Positions 9,016-18,635 of a DNA stretch of 54,259 nucleotides are shown piece after piece. Source of the DNA: Candidatus Fraserbacteria bacterium (GTDB lineage: Bacteria; Bipolaricaulota; Bipolaricaulia; RBG-16-55-9); assembly GCA_037442925.1 (NCBI GenBank), contig JBBIPG010000007.1, positions 1-54,259 of the forward strand, given 5' to 3'. Numbering within the stretch: the first letter of the stretch is position 1; each line of letters opens with the position of its first letter. The notes under the pieces were generated by a model. It was not told where the DNA came from, made no database searches, and was given only the letters and a program-made list of their open reading frames with translations. A program made the position numbers and the translations under genes.

Positions 9016-10047
9016 TTAGATCCCTTCCCGTTTGGGATCGCGGGTCATAAGCTCCGTGAGCTTCTCCAGGGGGTTCGCCCCTTCGTAGAGCACTTCATAG
9101 ACGGAACGTGTAATGGGCAAGTCAATCTCACGGGCGCGCGCGAAGCGGTGGATAGCCTGTGTCGCGTAAACTCCTTCCGCCACCATCTCCATGCTGGCTA
9201 AGACGTCCTTCAAGGACTCCCCACGTCCGATGCGCTCACCCACAGCACGATTGCGGCTTCTCTTCGACATGCAGGTGACGACGAGATCCCCCAAGCCGGC
9301 CAGACCAAAGAATGTCTCCTTTCGAGCACCCAGAGCAACGCCCACGCGGGTCATCTCGACCAGCCCTCGAGCAATCAGAGCCCCCTTGGCATTGTCTCCA
9401 TACCCCAAGCCATCCGAGCAGCCCGCCGCCAACGCGATCACGTTCTTGATCGCTCCACCCAGCTCCACTCCCATCAAATCAGCGCTGAGGTAGACCCGAA
9501 AGCGCTCGGTCATGAGCGCTCGCTGAAGACGCTTGGCTTGAGGCGTATCCTCACCGGCCAGCACGACCGTTGTGGGATAATCACGCGCGACTTCCGTGGC
9601 AAAGCTGGGCCCGGAGAGCGCAAAGAGGTTCGTAGTGCCCAGCTCCTCACGCAACACCTGAGACATCGTGAGCAAACTCCCATCGGAGCGACGATGCTCA
9701 ATGCCCTTAATTAGACTCACCCAAGCTGCATGTTGACCGCTTTCACCCAACTCCGACTTGAGCCGACCTGCCAGATCTCTTAGTGCAAACGAGGGCACGG
9801 CAAGAAGATACAGATCGCGATCTGCAAGCTCCCCAAGATCATTACAGACCGTAAGCTGCTCAATAGGTAGCTTCACACCCGGCAGGTACCGTCGGTTTTC
9901 GCGTTGAGCGTGGATCTGATGGGCCAGTTGCCGATTGCGCGCCCAAAGACTCACTCGATGGCCCTTCCGGACGAGCAGGCGCGCCATCGCCGTGCCCCAA
10001 CTGCCCGCTCCAATCACGGCAGCATCGAGCGTTTCGGAGAAAGGCAT
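9016..10047 (-). CDS. gpsA: NAD(P)H-dependent glycerol-3-phosphate dehydrogenase
   Basis: Motifs GAGSWGTA, SGPSFA, GGAIKNVIALAAG, GLGDLVVTC.S..SRN and VAEGV. Confidence 0.97.
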   Translation of the reverse strand: MPFSETLDAAVIGAGSWGTAMARLLVRKGHRVSLWARNRQLAHQIHAQRENRRYLPGVKLPIEQLTVCNDLGELADRDLYLLAVPSFALRDLAGRLKSELGESGQHAAWVSLIKGIEHRRSDGSLLTMSQVLREELGTTNLFALSGPSFATEVARDYPTTVVLAGEDTPQAKRLQRALMTERFRVYLSADLMGVELGGAIKNVIALAAGCSDGLGYGDNAKGALIARGLVEMTRVGVALGARKETFFGLAGLGDLVVTCMSKRSRNRAVGERIGRGESLKDVLASMEMVAEGVYATQAIHRFARAREIDLPITRSVYEVLYEGANPLEKLTELMTRDPKREGI

Positions 10048-10058
10048 GTCGTAGTGAC

Positions 10059-11603
10059 TCAGCGCTTGTCGGTCGGTAGGGTTGCCGATATGAACTGACA
10101 GGGACAGAGTCGGCCCTTAATGGCCGGTGATTGCAGCCATTCGATGGCCACAGCCAGATCGTTCCTTTCCAGTCGGGCTCGAAGCTCCGGCAACATCGAT
10201 TCCAGCTGCTTGCCCAGCTTCTCCAGCAACGGCTTGATGAGTACCATCTCCGCTTCACCGCCCGAAATGCCAGCTTCCTTGAGCAGCTCATCTGGGCTCA
10301 TGTAGAGGCGATTCGCAAATTTGCCGAGCGCCTCCAGTGCTGCTGGGTACTCATCGTTGTTTGCCTGATCCTCGATTTGAACCAAGAGCTTGGAAAACTG
10401 CTGGAGAACAGCTTGGGAGGCGGTTGCGAACTGAGGCAGGGATTGCTCAAAAGCCCGTAGCTCGTTGCGCACTTTAAGCAGCGCAGGATACCAATCTTCC
10501 ACAGAGAATCCGGCTTCCGGCGTGAGTCCCACCTCTTGCACGGACTGGCGATCGGGGGTGAGGTACTCCGCCGTGGTCAGCCAGATCACCGCCCCATCGC
10601 GGAGATCGAACCGCGTCTGGATGACGCCCTTGCCGAATGTCCGCTCACCCATCAAGACACCCATGTCATTATCACGAATTGCAGCAGCCAGGATCTCGGA
10701 GGCGCTGGCCGTTCCCTGGTCGACGAGGACAGCAATCGGCCAGTTGGGTAGAGTATTGCCCGTGCTACGATCGATTACTTCGCCTGAGCGGCTCTTCTCG
10801 ATGAGCAGCGTCTGACCTTGATCGACGAAGAGGCTGCCGACCTGTTTCGCCACATCGAGGTATCCGCCCCCGTTGCCTCGCAAATCAAGGACGAGCCCCG
10901 CGATGGATGTAGATTCTTTCTGGAGAGCCTGGAGTGCGTCGCGAAGCTCTTGGGGCACAGTAGCACTAAAGTTCGTGATGCGAACATAAGCGATGGAAGG
11001 GCTGAGCAGCTTGTGCTCCACCGAGGGGATCTGAATCTGCTCACGAACGATGGTGATCTCTTCTACACTATCGTCGCTGTGGCGGACTTTGACGATGACG
11101 GTCGTCCCCTTGGGTCCGCGCAAGCGACGTGAGGCATCGTCCGTAGTGAATCCTTGAGTGCTCTCCCCATCGATTTCGAGGATCTGATCCCCCGCCCGTA
11201 CACCTCGCCGTTCGGCCGGACCCCCCTTAATGGGCGCGATGACCATGATCTGACCATCCCGCAGACCTATCCACGCCCCGATGCCCTCGTATTCCCCCTC
11301 CAGCTCTGTCGAAAAACGCTCGTATTCCTCTTTTGTATTGAAACGGCTATAGGGATCGCCCAATCCTTTGATCATCCCACGGATTGCTTCCTCCAGGAGC
11401 TTCCTCTGCTCCACGCGATCCGACTGATAGAAATTGTCTTGTGTCTTCTGATAGGCTTCCCACAAACGGTCAAGAAACTGTTCGCGATCCAACGGCTGGT
11501 CTTGGGACGTCGAAGTGGGAGAAGAGAAGAAGCCTTGACTTAGAATCGTCACGGCCAGAAGAATCACGCCAACGGCCAGCCACAAGACCAGCTTACGCTC
11601 CAT
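10059..11603 (-). CDS. ctpA: S41 carboxy-terminal processing protease with PDZ domain
   Basis: Motifs DPYS, GIGA (PDZ), LDLRGNGGG, TASASEI and TFGKGVIQ. RBS GGAGGG precedes MERKLV. Confidence 0.92.
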   Translation of the reverse strand: MERKLVLWLAVGVILLAVTILSQGFFSSPTSTSQDQPLDREQFLDRLWEAYQKTQDNFYQSDRVEQRKLLEEAIRGMIKGLGDPYSRFNTKEEYERFSTELEGEYEGIGAWIGLRDGQIMVIAPIKGGPAERRGVRAGDQILEIDGESTQGFTTDDASRRLRGPKGTTVIVKVRHSDDSVEEITIVREQIQIPSVEHKLLSPSIAYVRITNFSATVPQELRDALQALQKESTSIAGLVLDLRGNGGGYLDVAKQVGSLFVDQGQTLLIEKSRSGEVIDRSTGNTLPNWPIAVLVDQGTASASEILAAAIRDNDMGVLMGERTFGKGVIQTRFDLRDGAVIWLTTAEYLTPDRQSVQEVGLTPEAGFSVEDWYPALLKVRNELRAFEQSLPQFATASQAVLQQFSKLLVQIEDQANNDEYPAALEALGKFANRLYMSPDELLKEAGISGGEAEMVLIKPLLEKLGKQLESMLPELRARLERNDLAVAIEWLQSPAIKGRLCPCQFISATLPTDKR

Positions 11604-11737
11604 GTGTTCGCCCTCCTGCATTTCGTGTCGTTCATTATACAGGCGAGGCTAGCCGCCTTCCATCGACGCCTCACTGCTTGCTCTTCTAGGAATCCACGTC
11701 GTACACTGAAGGCGGCATCATCCGGAGAACAAGCGCA

Positions 11738-12328
11738 ATGATCCACTATCTAGAAGGAATGATCGTCGAGGCAGGGGAGGAGTACTTGGTGCTGGAGGTC
11801 GGCGGCATCGGCTATCGGGTGTATACGTCCCGCGCCACTCGCGAGGAATACTTCAACCGCACGGGTTTGGTCAAGCTCTACACCCATCTCCATGTGCGCG
11901 AGGAGGAGATAGCCCTCTACGGCTTTGGCACACCCGAGGAACGAGAGCTTTTCGAACTCTTGCTCACCGTGAACGGTGTGGGTCCAAAGGTCGCCATTGG
12001 GATTCTCTCAGCCACAACCCCTCAGCGTCTACAAGAAGCGATCCTGAGTGAGAGCGTGGCCGGCTTGACCGCAGTTAAGGGCATTGGCAAGAAGACAGCG
12101 GAGCGTCTGATTCTGGAGCTCAAGGACAAGATCGCCACCGTCCCGTTCGGCGGAAGGCCACTCCCCACATATACTCGAAAAGACGAGCTAGCACTTCGAG
12201 CTCTCACCCGCTCGCTCGGCTTTGGTGAGCGTGAGGCACGTCGAGCTCTGGAGGAAGCTCGGGCAGCGCATGGCGAGCTACCCACAGAGGAGCTCATCAA
12301 GCGCGCCCTGGAGTTCTTATCGCGATGA
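11738..12328 (+). CDS. ruvA: Holliday junction branch migration protein RuvA
   Basis: Motifs VGGIGY, HVREE, LYGF, VNGVGPKVA and GIGKKTAERLILELKDK. Confidence 0.97.
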   Translation: MIHYLEGMIVEAGEEYLVLEVGGIGYRVYTSRATREEYFNRTGLVKLYTHLHVREEEIALYGFGTPEERELFELLLTVNGVGPKVAIGILSATTPQRLQEAILSESVAGLTAVKGIGKKTAERLILELKDKIATVPFGGRPLPTYTRKDELALRALTRSLGFGEREARRALEEARAAHGELPTEELIKRALEFLSR

Positions 12329-13146
12329 AGATCATCTATGACCCACGCTGCCTGGAGTTTTCTACTCCGGGTCATCCGGAGAGTCCCGAACGCCTACGAC
12401 AAGCTCATGAGTTTCTCAAAGACAGACATGAGTTCATCGTGCCCTCGCCGGCCCGCGAGGAGGATCTACTCCAAGTGCATACTCCGGAGCACTTAGAGCG
12501 CCTGAAACGACTTGAGTTCTTTGATCTCGACTGCCCGAAATATCCTCAAATCTATGACTATGCAAGACTCTCCGCCGGGGCGGCCATTCTCGCTTCACAG
12601 ACGCACGGATTCTCGCTGATGCGCCCGCCTGGACATCACGCCAAACCGGATCGAGTGGCGGGGTTTTGCTATCTCAACAACATCGCTGTGGCCGTCAGAG
12701 CATCCCGAAAGAAAACGCTGATCCTCGACATCGACGGTCATCATGGCGATGGAACGCAAGAGATCTTCTTGGCGGATGAACAAGTTCTCTTTGTCTCGCT
12801 CCACAGCTCCCCCAATTACCCTGGGACGGGATTGCGCTCTGAGAAGAACTGCTATAACTACCCGCTTCCTTTCTACTGTGGTGATGAGAAATATCTGAAC
12901 ACGCTGGATCGGGCACTCAACGAGATTGACATCACACGCATGGAACAGATTGCGATCTCAGCAGGGTTCGACACCTACGAGCGAGATCCGCTCGCTTCAC
13001 TGGGACTAAGCTCCGGCTGCTATCGCCAGATCGGGAAGCGCATTGGCCGGCTGAAGCTTCCTGCGTTCGCTGTGCTGGAAGGCGGATATGACGTGGAGAG
13101 TTTGGGACGGAATATTCACGAGTTATTGCAGGGGCTGGTAAATTGA
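12325..13146 (+). CDS. Zn-dependent histone-deacetylase-family protein
   Basis: Motifs HPESPERL, RPPGHHA, GFCYLNN, DIDGHHGDGTQ, SAGFD and LEGGY. Confidence 0.93.
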   Translation: MKIIYDPRCLEFSTPGHPESPERLRQAHEFLKDRHEFIVPSPAREEDLLQVHTPEHLERLKRLEFFDLDCPKYPQIYDYARLSAGAAILASQTHGFSLMRPPGHHAKPDRVAGFCYLNNIAVAVRASRKKTLILDIDGHHGDGTQEIFLADEQVLFVSLHSSPNYPGTGLRSEKNCYNYPLPFYCGDEKYLNTLDRALNEIDITRMEQIAISAGFDTYERDPLASLGLSSGCYRQIGKRIGRLKLPAFAVLEGGYDVESLGRNIHELLQGLVN

Positions 13147-13180
13147 TATACCCATTGCCGTTACCCCACGACGAGCCAGA

Positions 13181-13618
13181 TCAATTTGTCCCAGCGCGTT
13201 TCTTTAGAATCTTGAGGAATTCCACTGGTGAAACGATCTTGATGCCTTGATATTCGGCCAAGTCAATCAGGTGGCGATCACCTGACACAATGTAGTCAGC
13301 ATATGTTTCAAGCGCTGCACTCAACACAAAGTCGTCATCAGGATCTTCTGAGATGACTTGTACTAGCCGCTGTCCGGATGCCTGAATGGCACTTTGCTTG
13401 AGTTGAGCCAAGAGTTTCGCTACGTCTTCTTTTCTCATCCATTGATATTTCTGGATGCGGGGCCGCGATAGAACGTCTTCCAGTTCCGCCAGCAGAACAG
13501 GCGAGGTAACAAGCTCTGCCTCTCCTTTCAACCACTCTTGAACAATCTTGCTCGGGGCACCCTCCTTCACGATGGTGGCACTCGCCAGCACGTTGGTATC
13601 GGGAACGAACCGGATCAT
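13181..13618 (-). CDS. PIN-domain (VapC-like) toxin
   Basis: Motifs DTNVL, ELEDVL.RP, DPDDDFVL and SGDRHL. Confidence 0.9.
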   Translation of the reverse strand: MIRFVPDTNVLASATIVKEGAPSKIVQEWLKGEAELVTSPVLLAELEDVLSRPRIQKYQWMRKEDVAKLLAQLKQSAIQASGQRLVQVISEDPDDDFVLSAALETYADYIVSGDRHLIDLAEYQGIKIVSPVEFLKILKKRAGTN

Positions 13619-13621
13619 GAA

Positions 13622-13918
13622 CTAGGACTCAGAGGGCTTACGCCGACTCTTGCGGACTTCCTTGAGCGCTTGGGCAATCTCACGCTCTACAAGCTCGGGG
13701 TCGACATCTTTGTTACGCTCCCAGATGCGTTCTAGGAGTTTGAACAATTGTTCTTTAGCTTCGGCTCTGTCACGATCCATCACACTCTTTGGCCGCAAAA
13801 CAAGCTGATCCCCCTTACGGATGATCTCCACGTAATCTCCTTGACGAAGCTCTAGCTCATCAAAGAGCTCTTTCGGGATGGTCACCTGTCGACTACGGGT
13901 GATCTTGACTAAGGGCAT
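13622..13918 (-). CDS. AbrB/MazE/SpoVT-family antitoxin
   Basis: VKITRSRQVTIPKEL..LEL..GD pattern, RBS GGAGGGG, and position directly upstream of the PIN gene. Confidence 0.9.
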   Translation of the reverse strand: MPLVKITRSRQVTIPKELFDELELRQGDYVEIIRKGDQLVLRPKSVMDRDRAEAKEQLFKLLERIWERNKDVDPELVEREIAQALKEVRKSRRKPSES

Positions 13919-13969
13919 CCTTTCCCCTCCATTCTCTTGCTGAGGCTTCAATTGCCAGTACATAGCTGC

Positions 13970-14001
13970 GATTACTAGATTACTATAATAGTATATGACA
14001 A
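13970..14001 (-). promoter_or_regulatory. Probable TA promoter/operator
   Basis: AT-rich patch with a GATTACTA direct repeat (13970, 13978), the inverted repeat TACTAT-A-ATAGTA (13981-13993) and TTGTCA on the minus strand. Confidence 0.5.
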
Positions 14002-14034
14002 AGTGTAGAGAGGATCAAGAGAGAAGAAATGTCG

Positions 14035-15390
14035 TCAGCACGAAGGCACCTGACCGAAGTTCATCCAGAGTGTTTGGTCTCTTACGTCCCACCGACTCGG
14101 TGGGTCGATCATTTTTTTCATGGGCAATTGTTGGAGTGTCAAGCCCCCTCCCCGCACGCCGATCGCGTGAGCCAGCGACTGGCTGCCGTCTTTCGAGGAC
14201 ACGTTGACGAGAAAACCGTCATAATCTGCGCTCAAGCGCCAACGCGCGATCTCACGGAGAGTATTGAGCAAGAACTCACGACAGACCGGCTCATCCTCAA
14301 TGGTGATCTCTACCAGTGCGATGCGGCTGCTCTCACAAATCGCACCACAGTCGGGGTCATCGGGTTTCAGCAAGTCTTCCCGTATCACGTATCCCAAAAC
14401 AGTGAGGGACTTTCCGGAGAGATACGCACGGCTAGGAAAGAACGAGAACGCCTTTTCAGCAGGCTCCGTGCTGTCCCAGACCGCGTAGCCTACGTAATGA
14501 TCGTAATCGCGCGGAGCCATGAAATTCGGTTTGGCTTTCGAGAAGAGATAGGCCGTGATGCGCGTAACCCGGGGCCGCTGTTGCGCCTTCTGGGTAATGT
14601 CCTCCAACACCTGCCGGATCTCTGGCTCGGTGAGTTTACGCGGGGACTGCACCACATACTGATAGATCATCGATGGACCCGTGGATGTCGTCTTCGTTGC
14701 CTTGTCGTACAGCCGGTAGTGTAGCGTGAGATTGTCCACAGACAGAGTCTCTTCGATGGCTTCATAGACGGCGACTTGCACGCTGAGTCGCGCCTCACTC
14801 GTCCGACCGCGGTCGTCTGTCACCGTAAGGACAGGCTGATATTCCCCGGCTCGCGTGTAGATGTGAACAGGAGTTGGCTCTGTACTCTTTTCGCCATCTC
14901 CAAAATCCCACTCCCAGCGGACGATCCTGCCTCCTGGTTCCGCAGCCGAGCGCAGGCCATCGAAGACCACCGGCAACGGAGCCTCACCGCTCATGTGTTG
15001 CAAGATGACCGTATCGTCGCTCTGGGTCGAACGCAAGGTTGCGATGGCCTTTGGACCCACTTGCACGCGGATCGTGATGGAATCGCGCGCGCTCGCGCCC
15101 CGACTGTCCGTCACCACGAATTCAACGCGATACTCGCCACTCTCAGCGTACGTCTGAGTCGGCTGAAACTCGTCACTCGTGGCTCCGTTCCCAAAACTCC
15201 AGTGATACGTCTGAATCTGCCCGTCGGGGTCGTTGGCCTCGCCGCGAAAACTCACGACGCTCCCCTGGAGAACTCCCTCTGGCGGTGCGATGATTCTGGC
15301 TGTTGGCGGCTGATTGGGAGCGGAACAGCTACTCAGCAAAGCAAGAGCTAAGAACCAGAGAATTGTCCATGCATACTTGGCAACATTCAT
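14035..15390 (-). CDS. Lipoprotein with two PKD domains and an unknown C-terminal region
   Basis: Lipobox LSSC. PKD patterns DPDGQI.TYHWSFGNG..Y...G.Y.V...VTD and WDFGDG...HIYT.AG.Y...LTVTDD.G. Confidence 0.85.
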   Translation of the reverse strand: MNVAKYAWTILWFLALALLSSCSAPNQPPTARIIAPPEGVLQGSVVSFRGEANDPDGQIQTYHWSFGNGATSDEFQPTQTYAESGEYRVEFVVTDSRGASARDSITIRVQVGPKAIATLRSTQSDDTVILQHMSGEAPLPVVFDGLRSAAEPGGRIVRWEWDFGDGEKSTEPTPVHIYTRAGEYQPVLTVTDDRGRTSEARLSVQVAVYEAIEETLSVDNLTLHYRLYDKATKTTSTGPSMIYQYVVQSPRKLTEPEIRQVLEDITQKAQQRPRVTRITAYLFSKAKPNFMAPRDYDHYVGYAVWDSTEPAEKAFSFFPSRAYLSGKSLTVLGYVIREDLLKPDDPDCGAICESSRIALVEITIEDEPVCREFLLNTLREIARWRLSADYDGFLVNVSSKDGSQSLAHAIGVRGGGLTLQQLPMKKMIDPPSRWDVRDQTLWMNFGQVPSC

Positions 15391-15456
15391 GATTGTTGAG
15401 AGCCTGAGGCGTTTCCCCCCAATGATAGATGAGCCAGGGACCTCTTGCAACCCCAT

Positions 15457-16749
15457 CTAGAATGCGAGGAATGGCACGAGCATCTCTTCGTCGGTGAGCC
15501 CTCCGTGGCGCCCAATGAGGCTGTAGGCATCGTGAGGCCAGTAGAGCGCTTGCGCCCCGCGTGGAATAGCGACCAGATCGCCAATGCGATCCAGTGTTTC
15601 GGGATGGATCGATCCTCGGCCGAAGAGCCCAGCCTCCAGCGCCTCTGGTGAACGAAGTATCACCAAGCGATCCCTGAACCGTTCGTACAACCCGCTTTCG
15701 AGCTCCGCTAGCTGCCCCGCCTTCGCGTGTAGATACGTGGCTCGATATTCACCCGTTGGCGGAATGAGCAGATTCTTCTTGAGCTTGGGGAGGCGCGCGA
15801 GTCTCATGACTTGATCCTTCGGCACGACCCGTAGTTGTCCATGGTCGGCAGCAACCATAAAGAGCGTTCCTCTCAAGAAGGGAGCATTCAGATCCTTCAG
15901 GCAATCTCGCTCTAAGGCATAAGAGAGGCTCCCCAGTTCCGCGTTCCACTCCTCGCTCTCCGGTCCATAACGATGGGCGATCTCATCGAGCGTATCCCAA
16001 TAGACGAAGAAAAGCGCTCGCTCCCCCGATCGATCGAGGAGCTTTCGCAGCACGACACTCATGTCCGATGAGTTGGCAAAGGGGATGAGCGTTGCAGATT
16101 TCGCACTGAGCAGCTGCGAGAATCCGCTGCGAGCGTAGATGTGCTTGAGCAACACGTACGAGCGAACGCCCGCTTGCCGCAGCCTATCGTGAAGCGTTAC
16201 ACAGCCCAGAAATTTTCTCGGCTTGAGTCCCATCTGGAAGAGGCGGTCATTTGTAGATTCTCGAAGAGGACTTAGACGAATCATGTTTGCTATTAGCCCG
16301 AATTCTTTGAGGAAGAGTCGATATCCCAGAACACCGTGCTCTTGGGGAGTGAGGCCCGTATGGAGAGTCGCTACGGCTGCGGTTGTCGTTGAGGGGAAGA
16401 CCGACGTGAGCGGCACAAAGCGTCCTTGGGCCATGAGGCGATGGAAGAGCGACTGGGGTACACGGTCGAGAAAGCGCAGGAGCTGACGATAGCCCAGGGC
16501 ATCGATGAGCAATAACACGACCTTCTGAACTTCTCTCTTTCGGGGCAAGAGATCGGCTGGCAGAGGAGCATGGCTCGTTGGCAGATCGAAGAGTTCAAGC
16601 ACGGTATTGGCCAGATTGACGAGCGAGTATTTTTCATAGTGAGGCAGGATGAATTCGCCCGGCTGAGTCTGTTGTTCTAAGAGAGCGAGACGATTGGCTC
16701 GGATTTCGGATTCGAGTTGGGTGGCAAGTCCTTGTGTTGGTGAGGTCAT
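15457..16749 (-). CDS. Alkaline phosphatase superfamily nucleotide pyrophosphatase/phosphodiesterase
   Basis: Motifs IDALG, SVFPSTT, HGVLGY, DEIAH, ADHG and HGG....EM.VP. Confidence 0.9.
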   Translation of the reverse strand: MTSPTQGLATQLESEIRANRLALLEQQTQPGEFILPHYEKYSLVNLANTVLELFDLPTSHAPLPADLLPRKREVQKVVLLLIDALGYRQLLRFLDRVPQSLFHRLMAQGRFVPLTSVFPSTTTAAVATLHTGLTPQEHGVLGYRLFLKEFGLIANMIRLSPLRESTNDRLFQMGLKPRKFLGCVTLHDRLRQAGVRSYVLLKHIYARSGFSQLLSAKSATLIPFANSSDMSVVLRKLLDRSGERALFFVYWDTLDEIAHRYGPESEEWNAELGSLSYALERDCLKDLNAPFLRGTLFMVAADHGQLRVVPKDQVMRLARLPKLKKNLLIPPTGEYRATYLHAKAGQLAELESGLYERFRDRLVILRSPEALEAGLFGRGSIHPETLDRIGDLVAIPRGAQALYWPHDAYSLIGRHGGLTDEEMLVPFLAF

Positions 16750-17669
16750 CCCCGCACCCAGCGCCAGATCTCGCGAAGGCTCGCCGATTTGCCGTACATC
16801 AAGATCCCCACTTCAAAGACCTTGGCCGCCAGCCGCATCATAACCAGCGTGCTGGCCAGCAATACCAAAAAGCTCACGACCACCTGCCAGACCGGAATTG
16901 GGGCCACTGCCATGCGCACCATCATCGTCCCCGGAATCGTGGGAGGGATGAAACTGAAGAGCTGTGGCAAGAAGCCGTGCGGCTCTGTCAAGATGAGGTT
17001 GAAGATGAAGAGCGGCAGAGCCGTCGGTAGCGCGATAATCAAGCTCTGGACTTGCTGGCCGCTGAAGACGTCCGTCATCGTGGCGCCCATGCCCGCCGAG
17101 AAGGACGCAATGAAAAGATAGCCCAAGACGAAATAGAGCCCGAAGAGCAGCAGTTTGTCCCAGGGCAGATACGCGAGAACTAACGCCAAGAGAGGCCAAG
17201 CCGGAATGTCAGCATAGGGTCCAATTATCAGCAAAGCGATTATGCCCACGATGACCCAGATCAGAACTTGAACCAAGCCCAACGCCCCAAACGCGAGAAT
17301 CTTCCCATAGATGAGTTCTTTGGGTGAGACGGCAGCCAAGAGCAGCTCGACCACGCGACTCTGCTTCTCGCGCACGATGTTCTGCAACACGAATGTGCCC
17401 GAGAAGAGCACCACGAACAAGAAGATGAAGGCGAAGACAATGGCAATCACCATGGGAACGCTCTGCTCAGGATTGCTAATTTCAAGAGGCGGGCTCGGTA
17501 CCTGTGGATTCTGTCCGGAGGACACTCCACCGGAGTTCTGCATCAGCAGGATGGTCAGGAAACCGAACCCCAAAAAGATCAGGGGGAAGAGAACCGTAAA
17601 AAAAACAAACTGCCGATTCCGTAACGTCCCGCTGAACTCCCACTTGGCTATGGCCAGTGCGTTCTTCAT
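16746..17669 (-). CDS. ABC-2 type permease (NatB/YhaP-like)
   Basis: EKQSRVVELLL, GKILA and multiple TM segments; coupled to the ATPase gene. Confidence 0.88.
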   Translation of the reverse strand: MKNALAIAKWEFSGTLRNRQFVFFTVLFPLIFLGFGFLTILLMQNSGGVSSGQNPQVPSPPLEISNPEQSVPMVIAIVFAFIFLFVVLFSGTFVLQNIVREKQSRVVELLLAAVSPKELIYGKILAFGALGLVQVLIWVIVGIIALLIIGPYADIPAWPLLALVLAYLPWDKLLLFGLYFVLGYLFIASFSAGMGATMTDVFSGQQVQSLIIALPTALPLFIFNLILTEPHGFLPQLFSFIPPTIPGTMMVRMAVAPIPVWQVVVSFLVLLASTLVMMRLAAKVFEVGILMYGKSASLREIWRWVRG

Positions 17670-18592
17670 GAGCTCCTCTGCACGATATCCACAAAGATTC
17701 GATGGAGCGAAGGTTTCGTGATGGTCAGTTCCTCGATCTCTACACGATCCACAAGAGAACGCAAGAGCTCATTGGGTGAACTCTCTTTCGGGAGCACCAA
17801 CTCTGCCTGCGATCGATCCAGGGAGACGATTCGCACATGCCCATTCTGAGACAGCCAGCTTCGCATTTGATCTGGATCTGTGGATGCATATCTCAACCAG
17901 ACAACGTCTTCACCGTGGTCCCGTTTGATTTGAGCCAGCTCCCCATAGAGAACTCTGCGCCCACGGTGGATGAGAAAGACCCGATCACAGACGCTCTCGA
18001 CCAGATTCATCTGATGGGAAGAAAGCAAGACGGTCATGCCCCGCTCAGCCAGCTCGCGAATCATATCACGGAAGAGATCTTGATTGACGGGGTCCAGGCC
18101 AGAGAACGGCTCATCCAGAACGACCAAGCTTGGTTTGTGAGCAATGGCGGCGATGAACTGAACCTTCTGCTGCATCCCTTTGGAAAGCTCTCTTAACCTG
18201 CTTTGGAAGCGTTCTCCCAATGCCAGTCGGTCGAGCCAATAGAGGGCTTGCTCCCGGGCGCGAGCCAAGTCCATGCCGTGCAGACAGGCCAAGTAGAGAA
18301 GTGTCTCCCCTACGCGGCGATCCTCATAGAGCCCACGCTCTTCGGGGAGATACCCGACTTTCTCTTTCTGTTGGGCTCCCGACGCGCCGTCGAGCGTGAA
18401 GCGGATCTGGCCAGAATCGGGCTGAAGGATGCCCAGGATCATGCGAATCAGCGTGGTCTTGCCCGCACCGTTGGGCCCGAGCAGCCCAAAGATTTCGCCT
18501 CTCTTGACCTCGAAGGAGGCATCCGCGACCGCGACGAGGCTATCAAATTCCTTGGTTACACCTTCGACTCGGAGGATCTCCTCATCACCCAT
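17666..18592 (-). CDS. ABC transporter ATP-binding protein (NatA/YhaQ-like)
   Basis: Motifs GPNGAGKTT, LPEERGLY, LSKGMQQK and LDEPFSGLDPVN. Confidence 0.93.
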   Translation of the reverse strand: MGDEEILRVEGVTKEFDSLVAVADASFEVKRGEIFGLLGPNGAGKTTLIRMILGILQPDSGQIRFTLDGASGAQQKEKVGYLPEERGLYEDRRVGETLLYLACLHGMDLARAREQALYWLDRLALGERFQSRLRELSKGMQQKVQFIAAIAHKPSLVVLDEPFSGLDPVNQDLFRDMIRELAERGMTVLLSSHQMNLVESVCDRVFLIHRGRRVLYGELAQIKRDHGEDVVWLRYASTDPDQMRSWLSQNGHVRIVSLDRSQAELVLPKESSPNELLRSLVDRVEIEELTITKPSLHRIFVDIVQRSS

Positions 18593-18635
18593 TGTGAACT
18601 CATTCTAGCAATCAGAGTGCGTGAAGTCGAAGGCA

